This document shows positions 1-13,200 of a DNA stretch of 64,000 bases, one piece after another. The position numbers and the translations under genes were made by a program. The stretch's first letter is position 1. Each line of letters begins with the position of its first letter. Source of the stretch: Scyliorhinus canicula (Eukaryota); the NCBI RefSeq assembly GCF_902713615.1, contig NC_052151.1, forward strand, positions 220,684,863-220,748,862, written 5' to 3'. Under the pieces are notes generated by a model. That model saw only the letters and a program-made list of their open reading frames with translations. It searched no databases and was not told the DNA's origin.

Positions 1-3000
1 ATTCTTGTGAGCCTCATCTGCACCCTTTCCAAGGTCAGCACATCCTTCCTTAGATACGGGGCCCAAAACTGCTCACCGTGCTCTACAAGGGGCTCTGACC
101 AGAGCCTTACATAACCTCAGAAGTACATATCTGTTCCTGTATTCTAGCTCTCTCGAGATGAATGCATTTGCCTCCCTAACTGCCGACTTAACCTACGCAT
201 TAACCTAACGAGAATCGTGACGAAGGACTCCGAAGTCCTTTGTGCTTGTGATTTCCTAATCATCTCGCCATTTATAAAATAGTCTATGCCTCCATTTCTT
301 CTTCCAAAGTGCATAACCTCACACATTTCCACATTGTATTCCATCTGCCACTTCTTTGCCCACTGTGCTCCCCTGTCCAAGTCTTTCTGCAGCCCGACTG
401 CTTCCTCAATACTACCTGTGTCCCTCTACAGATCTTTATATCATCTGCAAACGTAGCAACAGTGTCTTCCGTTCCTTCTCCTAGATCATGAATGTGTATT
501 GTCAAAGGTTGTGGTCCCAGCGCCGACCCCTGAGGCACATCACTAGTCACCGGCTGCCATTCTGAAAAATACTCCTTTATTCCCACTTTCTGCCTTCTGC
601 CAGTCTCGCAGTCCTCTATCCATGCCATTATTTTACCCTTAACATCACGGGCTCTTAACTTATTTAACAGTCCCATATGCGGCACCTTCTGGAAATCTAA
701 ATAAATCACATCCACGTTCTCCTTTGTCTAACTTTCTTGTTACTACCTCAAAGAACTCTGACAGATTTGTCAGACAAGACCTGCCCTTGACGAAGCAGTG
801 TTGACTTAGTCCTATTCTATCTTTCACTTACAACAAATTTAGTGTTCCCAATAATTTATTTCCAATTAAGGGGCAATTTAGTGTGGGCAATCCACCTAGC
901 CTGCACACCTTTGTGTGTCCCAGGTTGTCGGGGTAAAACTCACGGAAACACAGGAACAATGTGTAAACACCACACGGACAGAGACCCAGAGCCGGGATCG
1001 AACCTGGGACCTCGAAGCTGTGAGGTTCAAGTTCTAGCCCACTCCGCCACCGTGCTGCCCGATCTCATGTTTAATAGTGTACTCTAAAATCTTACCAATG
1101 ATCGAAGTAAGGCTAACCGGCCTATAATTTCCCATCTTCTGCCTCCCTCCCTTCTTAAACAGCTGTTTTACATTAGCCAATTTCCAGTCCTCTGGGACCC
1201 TCCATGACTCCAGTGACTCCTGAAAGATCGCTACCAATGCCTCCAGAATCTCCTCAGCCAACTCTTTTAGAACATCTTTTATGATGTCGCCCATCCGGTC
1301 GAGGTGCTGATCGACCTTCAGGCATTTGAGTTTCCCCAGAAGGTTCTCCTTAGTAATGGTCACTGCATTCAACTCTGCCCCCTGGTTCTCCTGGAGCTCT
1401 GTCATCTCACTGGTGTCTACCACCGTGAAGGCTGATACAAAGTAACTATTCAATTCGTCTGCCATTTCCTTTTTCTCCTATTATTACTTCTCAAGCCACA
1501 TTTTCCAGTGGTCCAATGTATATTTTTGCCTCTTTTATATATTGCAAAAAATAACGATTCCTATATTGCTTTATATTATTAGCTAGCTTGCATTCATGGT
1601 TCATTTTCACTCCCTCATTGCTTTTTTAGTTGTCCTCTGATCGCTTTTAAAGGCTTTACAATCCTCAGGCTTCTCACTAATCTTCGCCACTTTGTATGCT
1701 TTTTCTTTTATACTGTCCTTGACTTACCTCGTCAGCTATGGACGCCTTACCCCCCCCCCCCCCGCCTTTCCCCTTTCCTTAGTATGTTTCGTCCCCCTTT
1801 GGCGAATATCTGTTCCCCCCCCCCCCCCCCCCCGCACCCAACTCTCCCCCCGAATCCCACCTCAAAAACCCTGCCATTGCTGTTTCACTGTCTTCCCTGC
1901 TGGGCTCCTTTTCCAACCAATTCTGGCCAGCTCCTCCCTCGTGTCTTTGTAGTTACACTTATTTAATTGTAATACTTTTAGATCTGATCCCGACTTCTCC
2001 CTCTGAAACTTCAGGGTAACTTCGAACGTATTGTGGTTACTGCTCCCTAAGGGATCCTTCACATTAAGCTCCGTAATCAAGTCTGCTTAATTACACATTA
2101 TCAAATCCAGAATTTCCTGTTCCCCAGTGGGCTCTATCGCATGCTGCTCCAAAACACCATATCTAAGACATTCCACAAAATCCTTTTCTTGGGATGCACT
2201 ACGCACCTGATTTTCCTAGTCCACCTGCATATTGAGGTCCCCCGTGATTATTGTACCAATGCCTTTTTTACATGCCTTTTCTGTCTCCTGGTTAATTTTC
2301 TGCCCCACAACCTGACTGCTGCTAGTGGGCTTGTACATAACTCCCACAGGGTCTCTTTACCTTTGCGATGCCTCAACTGTACCCACAGAGATGCTATGCC
2401 TTCTGAGACTTTCTCGCTCCTTGCTATCGATTTAACTTCATTCCTTATGATCAATACAACCATGCCCCCTTTGTCCATGTGTCCTTTCGATAGGACACAA
2501 ATCCATGCATATTTAGATACCAGCCCTGATCCCCTTGCAGCCACGTTTCTGTGATGCCCACAATATCGCACCGGCCAATTTCAATGTGCGGAACAAGCCC
2601 ATTTACCTGACTTACTAGTTCAAATCTTCCTGAGTGAATCTAGCAAACTTCCTAGCCAGGATATCGATGCCCCTCCAGTCCAGATGCAATCCGTCCTTCT
2701 TGTACACGTTCGCCCTGCCCCGGAGGAGATCCCGATCGTCCAAAAATCTGAAACCCTCCCTCCTACACTACGAGTTTTCCCACGTCTTTAGCTACACTAT
2801 CCTCCTATTTCTAACGTCACTACTACGTGGCACAGGGAGTAATCCTGAGATTACAACCCTAAAGGTCCTGTTTTTTACCTTACTGCCTAACTCTCTGAAC
2901 TCTTTCTGCAGGACCTCATCGCTCTTCCTGCCTATGTCGTTCGTACCTATGTGTACTGCGACCTCTGGCTGTTAATCCTCATCCTTCAGGATGTCCTGTG

Positions 3001-3085
3001 TTCATTCAGACACATCCTTAACGCTGGCACCGGGGAGGCAACATACCACCCAGGAGTCTCTTTCACATCCACATAAACCGTGTGT
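1..3085 (-). mobile_element. Degenerate, internally deleted CR1-clade LINE (ORF2 RT/endonuclease fragments plus ORF1 esterase fragment); runs off the window start
   Basis: Minus ORFs 284-715 ([22 protein letters not shown]) and 1034-1465 (GNYRPVSLTS); 2630-3085 resembles ORF1 of the intact LINE at 28.4-29.3 kb; many stops and frameshifts. Confidence 0.9.
835..1060 (-). mobile_element. HE1-like tRNA-derived (V-SINE type) SINE nested in the CR1
   Basis: Reverse complement starts GGGCAGCACGGTGG, has a B-box-like GGTTCGATCCC and the CTAAATTGCCCC core shared with other copies. Confidence 0.85.
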
Positions 3086-3089
3086 TGTT

Positions 3090-3205
3090 CGCTCGTCCTC
3101 CCCATGTCTGCGTGGATCTCACCACCACAACCCAAAGACACGCAGTGCACTTGCATTGGTCACGCTAAATTGCCCCAGAATTGGAAAAAATAAGAAAATA
3201 CGCCA
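3090..3205 (+). mobile_element. SINE fragment (HE1-like core)
   Basis: CTCCCCATGTCTGCGTGG...GCTAAATTGCCCC matches the SINE core. Confidence 0.6.
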
Positions 3206-3417
3206 TGGATTAATTTACAACATAATTTCATATCAGCTGGCCTACCGGGGATGAGTTTGTAAATCTCGGAAAATCTTTGAAAAGCTTTACTCTGCACTTA
3301 TCGCGGTTTAGAAGAGCGACCGCTGATATTACTGGAACATATAAGACCCGGATGTGATTTGCTAATGGTAATACCGGTAAAATGTTTCCTCGTTTGTAGG
3401 TGACTACAGCCAGGGGA

Positions 3418-3680
3418 TACATAGAAACATACATAGAAAACAAAAGCAAGAGGGGGCAGTGAGGGCCTTCTAGCCTATTCCGCCATTCACAATGATGATG
3501 GCTGATCATCGAGTTCAATACCCTGATCCCTTCCCCCTCCCCCATGTCCCTTGATCCGTTTAGTCCCAAGATCTATATCTAAATCCGTCTTGAAATTTCG
3601 CAACCTCTTGGCTTCAACTACTTCTTATGGTCGTGAATTCCACATATTCAGCACTCTCTTGATGAACTCTCGTTCCCGGG
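3418..3680 (-). mobile_element. CR1 LINE 3' end fragment
   Basis: CATAGAAACATACATAGAAA tail and CCATTCA..ATGGCTGATC 3' UTR similar to the other CR1 ends. Confidence 0.65.
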
Positions 3681-3949
3681 AAGAAGCCGTTTGTGGGTCA
3701 GTAAATTATTGAAGCCCTGAGTTGGTAGAAATTTGATAGAAAAAGAAGGCTGATCCGGTGAGCAGATAGAATTGTGAAGTACAGATGACAATCCGATTGT
3801 CCTTCATTGCTTTTAATGGTGGAGCAGTCTCTACTCCTGCTCTTAACTTCAATGTTCTTATGTGCACTGCACATCGAATACTAAGGCCATATTTAATCAA
3901 CGTTCACAAGCCGTTCATAGGATACAGCTAAACACATTATTCTGGTTGT

Positions 3950-4200
3950 TGACAGGGTATAGTTTAAATATATAGATCCAGACTTCTGTGGAGTCAAGTT
4001 CGCGCGTGAAAAGAATTGTAGAACTTGAAAACTCATATTTGGTCACATACGAATATACGATTCCAGAACAGGAACGGGCCATTTGGCCCATTGTGCATGT
4101 TTCGCCATTCAACAATGTTATTGTGGCCTTACCATCACGATCCTACCGATACCAGATATCCTGTGTTCCCCGTGTTAGTCAGGAACATTTAAACCCCTCC
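3950..4200 (-). pseudogene. Faint TCR V relic
   Basis: Manual translation gives FKCS*LTRGTQDIWYR*DRDGK in one frame, with the same Cys-to-Trp spacing as the V at 52 kb; no leader or RSS seen. Confidence 0.35.
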
Positions 4201-4783
4201 CTAAAAAATATACAACAGCACTACCTCAATAACTCCATGGCCAAATGAATTCCACACACTGACTAACCTCTGAGAAAGAGCGCCCCCCTATTTCTAGTCT
4301 CACGTACAAGGAGCAGTACCCTTTGATCTTTGCCTCTGTCAAGCTCCATCTGGATCCTCGGTGTTTTAATATGATCATCACTCATTCATCTAAATTCCAA
4401 TGCGTACAGACGCAACCTGCCCAAATTTTCTTCATGGGAGAATCTTCAATCCATGAATCATTCACAGATCAGTCATGGTCTCATGCGAAGTGTCGAGAAA
4501 TAATGAGGATTAACACGTCCCCGCCCGTTGTTGGTCCGAATCAGAAATTTATTTTGTTTGTGGACGCTGGATTCCTTTCATTTTTCCACTTCCCACTATC
4601 TCCTTTCCAGCTTCTCCGTCGTACCTTTCATTTATCTGTCTTTAATTGCAAGCTTTTTCTTTCTCACCTCATTCATTCTATTTGAACAGATCTTTTTAGA
4701 AATCGAACGAGACTTTTGCGAAATGTGTAAAGTGGATGAACGAGACATGGATCGCAGGTGTGGAAGGGCTTTCTCACTTCAGT

Positions 4784-4822
4784 GGTTTTTGTCAGTGTGC
4801 CAGATGAGCCTGCAGCACTGTG
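4784..4822 (-). other. 23-RSS, perfect consensus CACAGTG-23-ACAAAAACC
   Basis: Read directly; spacer counted as 23 nt. Confidence 0.97.
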
Positions 4823-5786
4823 TCCCATCACCAACCGCGCAGTAGTACACCGCCGCGTCTGTCAGCTTGACAGCTTCCAACTTCAAAGTGGACATCTTTT
4901 CGTCCATTGTCCGGCTTATTACGAATCCCGTTTTGAATCCCTTTTCATACTCAGCCCGTCCAGCTCTGTAGAAGTAACCGATGAAGATCAATCCTCCCCT
5001 GCCGATCTGTCGATACCAAGACATGTTGTCTCGGACTGTTTCATTCTGATTACAGTTGAATTCGATGGCTTTCCCTTCCATTGCCACCAGCGCAGGTGGC
5101 CACTGATGCACCATATCCCCACAGGCACTGCCTGAAAACCGACAATGGGAGAAATGTATTTATATACGCTATTGATCAGTGAGTCCATTGCAAATTGAAA
5201 GGTGATTTCAACCATTAAATTGTCCATCTTAATCCTTTCAAAGCTAACATTTAATTTCGTCAAAAGTATTATTTAAAGATATTCCAAAGCAACCCTTAAA
5301 CAGAAGAATAGTTCTCGCGGGAGAGTCGGGCCAACATATTTCGCACAGACAACAACAAAACATTTTCACACAGCTGTTGATGCAAACATGTTGTATGCAA
5401 AACGGCTAGTTTGCAAGATTGTCTGAATTTTCCTGTCAAAAGGCCTCAGATCAACGGCATCAAGTTCTCATCATTGTTGCTCACCATTGTCGTCTCAAAG
5501 ATAATTAGATATCTAAATCAATAGTGGCCCTGTCATCCCGCGGGTGATCTGGAAATCTTCAAAAAAATATTAAAGGGCAAAATCTTAAAAAATGTAAGTA
5601 TTTCCGTTTCCAAGTACAATATATATATTAACACGTAATAGATATTTCTGGGGTATACATTCGACACATCTTCTCTCGTTTTAGATAACGGAGGAACAAG
5701 CAAACTATATTGTAAAAGTATAGTTCATTTCGAATCTTACACGTTAGCAGTATTATAACGCTAAGCTTGAGTAAAGTCGAAAGCAT
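4823..5786 (-). CDS. TRBV: TCR V gene, intact (divergent family 1); leader exon 5741-5786, V exon 4823-5131
   Basis: Leader MLSTLLKLSVIILLT with phase-1 GTAAG donor; TTTTCAG acceptor; V exon ...VHQWPP..FNC..MSWYRQ..DAAVYYCAVGDG; perfect RSS. Confidence 0.9.
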
Positions 5787-5920
5787 TGTGGCTGTAAGAC
5801 CTTATCCGACAGGTGCTGCCTTCTTCAGAGATTAGAATTGAGTGTTCAATGCGTTAAATTATTTAAAGTTTAACATCAGAGTCGAAAGTTTCATCAAAGA
5901 GGCTGAAACCTCTGCTACTA

Positions 5921-5929
5921 CCGGAAGTT
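5921..5929. promoter_or_regulatory. ETS-like motif CCGGAAGTT upstream of the V leader
   Basis: Same motif recurs 70-135 bp upstream of the family-1 leader ATGs. Confidence 0.5.
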
Positions 5930-6279
5930 GCATCTGCACCCGGAACGTTATGTCACACACTACCCTTCCTGCAAACTGACATTTCCATCAGAGCAGAGAT
6001 GTTACTGGCCTCTTGATATTTGCACCACTCAAGCCTCAGTCAATGGGACTGGCGAGAAGAGAAAACATAGTTTCAACTTGAAAGCAAACGCGGTATCACC
6101 ATTCAATCGCCACCATTAACATACTCTGTGTGACCATTGCTAAAAAAAACTTAACTGGACTTTGCACATTCGGGACGGCACCTTCACACCGTGCTATGGC
6201 ACGGTGGCACTGCTGTTTTCTCATACGAGGGACCCTGATTCAATTCTGAACTTGTGACATTACCTGGATGTATCCCGCA

Positions 6280-6441
6280 CTATAACCAATCACTGGTTGT
6301 CGATGTACCATCTGTCAATGTTCTCTGTTGATTATTCATTTGTCTACTATGTACGTGCTGTTTACGTTCCGCTCGGCTACAGAAAAATACTTTTCACTGT
6401 ACTTCGATACATGTGACAATAAGTCAAATCAATCAATCAAT
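6280..6441 (+). mobile_element. Rex1/Babar-like LINE 3' tail
   Basis: Ends ATGTGACAATAAGTCAAATCAATCAATCAA; resembles the tails at 16.2 and 46.2 kb in opposite orientation. Confidence 0.55.
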
Positions 6442-6444
6442 TCC

Positions 6445-6650
6445 TGTGTGGCAACTGACTCCCCATTGGTTTCCTTCCGATGATCCAGTTTCCTCCCACT
6501 GTGCAAAGATGTGAAGGATAGGTTGATTTAAAGTGCTAATTTTTCCCTTAGTGTCCAAAGGTTAGGTGGGGTTACAGGGAAATCCGGGGCAGAGGAGTGT
6601 TCTTTCGGAGGGTCGTTGCAGACTCGAATGCTTTCTTCGGCACTGTCGGA
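6445..6650 (+). mobile_element. Degenerate HE1-like SINE
   Basis: TTTCCTCCCACTGTGCAAAGATGTG...TTTTCCCTTAGTGTCCAAAGGTTAGG resembles the SINE core. Confidence 0.55.
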
Positions 6651-8045
6651 TTCTACGAAATGCTATACGAGCTGGTCAAAAGTCCAGATATTTTGTGGTG
6701 AATAAGTCAAGTATTGGCACACGAAAGCCTGCCCTACAACTACTATGCATACGTCAAAAATGTGATGGCATAGAAGTGCAGCTACAAGCTTGCTCAAGAA
6801 GCTCGGTAAAGTGAAGTATAGTTCTGGCTTGACAACTCATCAACCGTAACGCACAGTGGCAAGGGTTCGGGCAATATACAAAGTAGCAACCACCAAGGCT
6901 CTTTCAATAATCATTTCAAACCCAGGATTCCTACCACCGAGAAAGAGATACCGCACCTCCGCAGGATCTTCCACAATGGGTAATATGGATGAACAGAAGA
7001 TGCTCGGTTGTCAGCGATTTCACTCCGATGCAAGGATAAGATAATCCAGAATGATGCGCTAATGATGGGGAAGGAGGGGGGGGAGGAGGGGGGGGGGGGG
7101 GGGGGCTAGAGTTGAAATCGCAGGACACTAAAAAGTAGAGTATTTAAATTCAGTTGATCAGACAAATGCAACGAAGAAAAGGTTTTTAATTGAAATATTG
7201 TCAATGAAAACTATCCATTTTTATCTGTGCACAATCAGTCCACCAACAGGCATTTGCGGAATTTTTATATATCCCTCCAAATGAAGCCTCTGAAACGTGG
7301 CAGTAAGTTATTTAGTTAGGGGCAGTTTGCGATAAATGGTCGCCACCTCAGCCATGCACACAGGGACATGCTTGATTATTTTTTTAACACCGCAATTTTT
7401 CGTTCACCCTCTTTCCTTGAATGCCTCCCTTCCTTCGGGTTATCTGTTTTAATGGATTACCATGCGATCACAAGCAACAGATCTGAGAGGGCCTATATTT
7501 GTTCGTGTTGACTGTTTGGGATTTGAAATCGCTGGATAAACAGCGAAATGAACTGTTATTGTTCGTCACGACTCTATTGCATAATTTATTTTCTGGGCAA
7601 GCGCTTAGGAGCACAGATTACAATGGCGCTACAGCGCTGTGTAACGGATGAACGTGAAACCTGCAATTTGGACTGCTCAATCCATAATATCGGCCTTTCA
7701 AAGTGAAAGCTCAGAATTGTTTGAAAATATTTTTATTCGAGGCTATTTCCGTAGATACACAAAAATATCGGAAGTCCAAACATCAATCTGAACGAACACC
7801 ACAAATCCCCAAACTCCCATGATACCAACACCCCACTACATCCTGCCTTGTCAATTTTTACCCCTTATACCCCACCGATCTCCGCACCCTTTCTCCCTCA
7901 ATATTACTTGGAGAATTCAGTGAACGGTTTCTACCTCCGGGTAAACCCTCTACCGAACCCGGCAAAGCGAAATTGACCATCTGCAAACGCAGAAATGCTG
8001 CCAGGTCACGCACATATCACCCCGCCTTCGGCGGCAACACATTAG

Positions 8046-8381
8046 GGGGCAGTACGGTAGCATGGTGGTTAGCATAAATGCTTCACAGCTCTAGGGTCCC
8101 AGGTTCGGTTCCCAGCTGGGTCACTGTCTGTGCGGAGTCTGCACATCCTCCCCGTGTGTGCGTGGGTTTCCTCCGGGTGCTCCGGTTTCCTCCCACAGTC
8201 CAAAGATGTGCGGGTTAGGTGGATTGGCCATGCTAAATTGCCCGTCGTGTCCTAAAAAAACGTAAGGTCAAGGGGGGAGGTTGTTGGGTTACGGTACAGG
8301 GTGGATACGTGGGTTTGAGTAGGGTGATCATTGCTCGGCACAACATCGAGGGCCGAAGGGCCTGTTCTGTGCTATGTTCTA
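8046..8381 (+). mobile_element. Full-length HE1-like SINE nested in the L1
   Basis: GGGCAGTACGGTAGCATGGTGG head, GGTTCGGTTCCC, core, GGGCCGAAGGGCCTG..TGTTCTAT tail. Confidence 0.92.
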
Positions 8382-9928
8382 TCTCTCCTCATGAAATCCA
8401 TCACCTAGAGATCCCTAAAGCCATTCTTCTTGTGCAATTTGTGAATTCGTCCAATCTCGAAAACTTGTCTCCTATGAACAAGTAGCCCGACATGCGTCTC
8501 CCCAGAGACCTGCATGCAGCTCGGCCGGTTGAAACCAACGATTGTCGCATATGAACGCCGAAAACGACGTGCTCTCCAGCCAAAAATATTGCCTGCACTG
8601 ACTCCATACACGTAACGCGGTGCCAACAGTCGTGCCCTCAAACCCGTCCCCCAACACGACACCGCATCTATTCGCCCGCAAACCGATTTCACCCCTACCG
8701 CCTAATTCCTCACCATTGCGCTGTCCGCCCGATAACAATTCATCAGAACCGGCAAAACCAGTACCCTTTAACTCGCCCCCTCTCCAGAAACCCGTGCCTC
8801 ACGCTTGGTATCCTCACCCACCCTCATCCCCACACACAAAAACACAGAAATTAGCCTGTTACTCTTTCTGAAAAATACATCAGAACAAATATAGGAAGGT
8901 TTTGGAAAATGAACAACAACCTCGTTCAACACCATCATTCCCAACCTCGGCGTGCCAGTAACTGCTGCAACACATCCCACCTCTTAAAATCTGCCTTAAT
9001 TCCCCAGAACAATCGTGTCTAAATTGAGCCAAAGTTCAGTTTATGTCGCTGGGCCCATCCCCGTGCCACTTGGATTCCTAGATACCTACAACTCGCCTCT
9101 ACCACCCAGAACAGCAACACACATAGCCTCCTAGCTTGCCCTCAAGCATTGATTGGTAACACCTTCGTGTTCCCATGTTGAATTTGTACCGTCAAAACCA
9201 GCCAAATTCCTTGTAATCATCATCCCTCCAATGCTGCCCACCGGGTCCGAGATATAGAATAACACATCATCCGCATATAGTAAACCTCTATGGTTTGCAC
9301 CTCGCCACCTCTAAGACTATCCCTCTTCAATACCTCAACGCCCAAAACACAATTTTCAACAGCTCTGTCAGCAAGGCAAAACGGAACGTGGAGGGTGGGC
9401 ACACCTGTCTTGTCGCACAATGTAACCTAAAGCACCCCAAACTCATCCAGTTTGTCTAAACACTCACACGAGCGCCCCGTAGAGCACCGAACCAGGTCCA
9501 TGAACACCTGCACAAACCTGAACTGTACCAACACCATCAACAAATACGCCCACTCCACCAGATCAAAGGACTGCTCTGTGTCCATTGTCACCACTACGTC
9601 TAACACATTCCCTCCCCCGAGGCCATCATAATTACATTATTAGCCTGCACATTTTCGTCAAAAACTGCCTTTCCTTTACAAATGCAATCTGGTTCCCCCT
9701 ATCACCACGGCTCACAGTCCTGAATTCGCGATGCGAGCACCTTCGCCAATAATTAGCTTCAGCATTGAGCATTGATATCTGGTAGTAGGGCGCACACTGC
9801 TCCGGGACCTTCTCTTTCTTTAAGATGAGGGAGATAGAAGCCTGTGAGAATGTTGGGGGGAGCTCCGCCAAATGCCTCGCCTCATTGTACGTCCTCACGA
9901 AAAATGCCCCCCCCCCCCTCCTCGCTCA

Positions 9929-10250
9929 ACGGTAGCATGGTGGTTAGCATCAATGCTTCACAGCTCCAGGGTCCCAGGTTCGATTCCCGGCTGGGTCACT
10001 GTCTGTGTGGAGTCTGCACGTCCTCCCTGTGTGTGCGTGGGTTTCCTCCGGGTGCTCCGGTTTCCTCCCACAGTCCAAAGATGTGCGGGTTAGGTGGATT
10101 GGCCATGATAAATTGCCTGTAGTGTAAGGTTAATGGGGGGATTGTTGGGATACGGGTTACGTGGGTTTAAGTGGGGTGATCATTGCTCGGCACAACATCG
10201 AGGGCCGAAGGGCCTGTTCTGTGCTGTACTGTTCTATGTTCTATGTTCTA
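9929..10250 (+). mobile_element. HE1-like SINE nested in the L1
   Basis: Near-identical to 8046-8381; ends in a (TTCTATG)n tail. Confidence 0.92.
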
Positions 10251-13200
10251 TAAAACTCTATTGGGAACCCGGGACCTTCCTCACCTGCATCGCGCCCTTG
10301 TGGTCAGTCTGCTCCCTTAACGCAATTGCGCCCCTCAAATCCCTACAGCCTCTTCCCCTTCACCTTACATAACTCCAACCCATCCAGGAACCTACTCCCC
10401 GACCACGGGCTCCGATTTCTTACAGCCCTCGAAAGAAGGTCTCAAATGCCCCATCATCCCTCCGAATCCGCCAGCTCCTTACCCCTCTCGCCCATCTCCA
10501 TCCCAATCTGCCTTGCCACTACCTGCTTCCTCAGCTCATGGGGCAGCATCATTCTTGCATTTCCCCTCACTATTAGAGTGCCCGTCTGGCCCTCCGCAAC
10601 CGACCTCCTGCCTTACTAATCGACAGGAACACAAACGCCTTCTGGAACCTCAGCCTCTCCTCCGGAGTGACCGGGTATCTCCAATCGACTCGTAGAATCT
10701 CCTCTACAGGCCTCGCTGTCCCCTAACGGTTCGTCCTCTCCTTATGCGCCTGGATTGAAATAAAGTCCCCCTAACAACCGTCTTAAGTGTCTCCCACAGT
10801 GTGACGGCTGTGACAACGCCAATATTATTAAATTCCAATAACCCCCAAATGGCAATTCTCATCTGCGCACACACCCACCAATCCACCAGAAGCCCCACAT
10901 CCAAACTTTCTGCGGCCCTTGGCCTCGCCCTGCGCCACTCTCAAATATACCCAAACCGGCGCATGGCCATAAAACACAATCACAGAGCACTCCAAGTCAG
11001 CTATCCCTGCCGGCAGTGCCATTCTCTCACAAAAAAGTCGACCCAGGAACACACGCGGTCACGTGACAGAAGTGCAAGAACTCCTTCGCCCTTGGCTTCC
11101 AAACCTCAACTCTCACCCCACCCCACCCCCCAGCTCTCCATGAACCCTTCACCTTTCGAGCCAACACCGATACCCCTGACAACTTATAACTCCAAATTCG
11201 GATCACGGACCGAATTGAAATCGCCTCCATACTCAGCAGAAGAGTTTAGACGTACGGATCCTCACTAACACCCGTCACTAAATTCCACGTTTTGTCAATT
11301 CATCCTCTCCAACTTCCTACTTACCGTCACATAACTACCCAGCCGATGGTCCACAATGCTCCCAACCTTAAAAGCTACTCTCTTATTCACCAGCAAAGCA
11401 ACCCACGTCGTCTTCATGTCGAACCCTGATTGAAACACCTGCCCCACACATCCAGCCCTGAAACTCGTCGTGTCCTACATTCTCAGGTATATCTCCTGCA
11501 AGAACACAACGCCCGCCTCCAGGCTATTTAGATGCGTGAAACCATGTGACCGTTTTACCAGCCCATTCAACCATTGCATGTTGCGTTTCCATGTGACCAA
11601 CCTGATTGGGGGTCTCCTCTGTCGATCAGCCGTTTCCCTTTTTAACCCAGCCCCACTACCCACGTCACGCACACCTCCAGGTCTGCCCTCAGATGGCTGC
11701 TGCTATCTCTCCTTTCTCAACTGCGCCACACCAATCTCACCCATGTCAGCAACCTCCCCCTTTACCTCCCCCCCCCCCAGTAGCCATCAAAGGATCAGAC
11801 GAATCACGCAGCCCACAGGCCTTCCGCCTGCAACCGCCCACTTCACTCTCGTTCACTATCTCACGACCAAGCCCTCTAACGTCCCCTCATCCTTCCAGTA
11901 CACACCTCCCCCCAATGTTCCCGTCCACCAATTAACAAAGTGAAACAAACGACACACACCGCTCCCCCTTCGCAACCTACCTAAACCTAGGCACCCAATG
12001 TGCCGCAGAAATTTCGAAACCTCCTTCCAAAAGTTCAATATCCATACATTCCTCCCAATTCATGGCTTCATAACGTCCATGGCCTCCTCCGGAAGAGACA
12101 ATATTAAATTCCTGTTTTGATGAATCATCCACAAGCGGACAGTGTCCAAAACGCCAAACTTGAATCCCTTTTCGCAAAGGGCAACATTTATCTGATTGTA
12201 CCTCTGCACCAAGTTCCGCACCAAGGTCCTGGTAATCCCGCAGCTCATTCCCCTCCCAGGTGCGTTTCTTGGTCTGCCTCGCCCATCTGTGGACCTTGTC
12301 TTTATCAGAACCCATGGAGCTCAACACTATCGCCACGGCGTTTCCCACACTTGCGACCTCCTCATCAGTCCCTGTGCACCCGATCCATGTAAAGGGCTTG
12401 GTCAAGGTCCCCCTCTCTCATCAACTTTTCCAGAATGCTTGCCACAAACCTGACAGCCTCTGCTCCCTCGATGACTTCCGGCACCCCAACAATCCTCAAA
12501 TTCTGCCTCTTGGATATAATCTAGACGTCATCCAACATGTCTCTCAGCCTCTTCTGGCTGCTCATCTCCATCCGCATCACCTCCAGCGAGCTCAACAGAT
12601 CCTTCTGTTCCACCACTGACTCCTCCACCTGCTTGATCTCCAAGCCCTGAGCCTTCTGCCTCTGCTCCACTCGCTGTATGATCACGCTACTTGCCTCCAC
12701 CACCTTGTTCAAATCCGGCAAGGCCTCTTTCGTCTGATGTTGGAATTTGCTGTTTAAAAAATCCGCCTGCTGCTTAATCGACTACTCGGTGGGCAGCGCT
12801 TGCGCCTTGCCTTCCGCCATCGTCACCTCTGTCCCACCACAAATACTTCCCAGCTCAAACTGCTCTCTTTCCCATGACACCTCGCCCATTGATCCATACA
12901 CCGACCTCACCTGGGGAGTATTACCTTCCCTCTGTATTCAAACACGTTTTGACATCAAACATCATACCATTCGGGTGGGGAAGACCGAAGGAATCTACCT
13001 TCAGTGGGAGCCAGCAAATGAGCTCCCACTCACACCAGGGCCACTACCGGTCCGATGCCATAGAATTGTTACAACTACAAGGTTATTATTTATATGCTGC
13101 GACTGCTGACACCTGGATCATTACATTCAACGCATAAGCAAAAGCCATATGCTGCAGATTTAGGAAATCTGAAAGAAAAACACAAAACTCTAGATAAACT

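Larger units (their letters stand above)
7722..12880 (-). mobile_element. Degenerate near-full-length L1/Tx1-clade LINE
   Basis: ORF1 coiled coil (12521-12721) followed by RQNLRIVGVPE; APE start LVTW...LNG..K..VVFLQE (11475-11672); RT piece SISLILKK..ISMLN (9632-9898); AATAAA near 7735; many frameshifts. Confidence 0.85.

Noticed and set aside
5480-5540. Alternative leader for the 4.8-kb V (ATG near 5536, GTGAG donor)
   Set aside because: Contains in-frame stops; 5741-5786 gives a clean hydrophobic leader in the right phase
8046-8120. tRNA genes at SINE heads
   Set aside because: The A/B-box-like heads continue directly into SINE core and tail, with no complete cloverleaf
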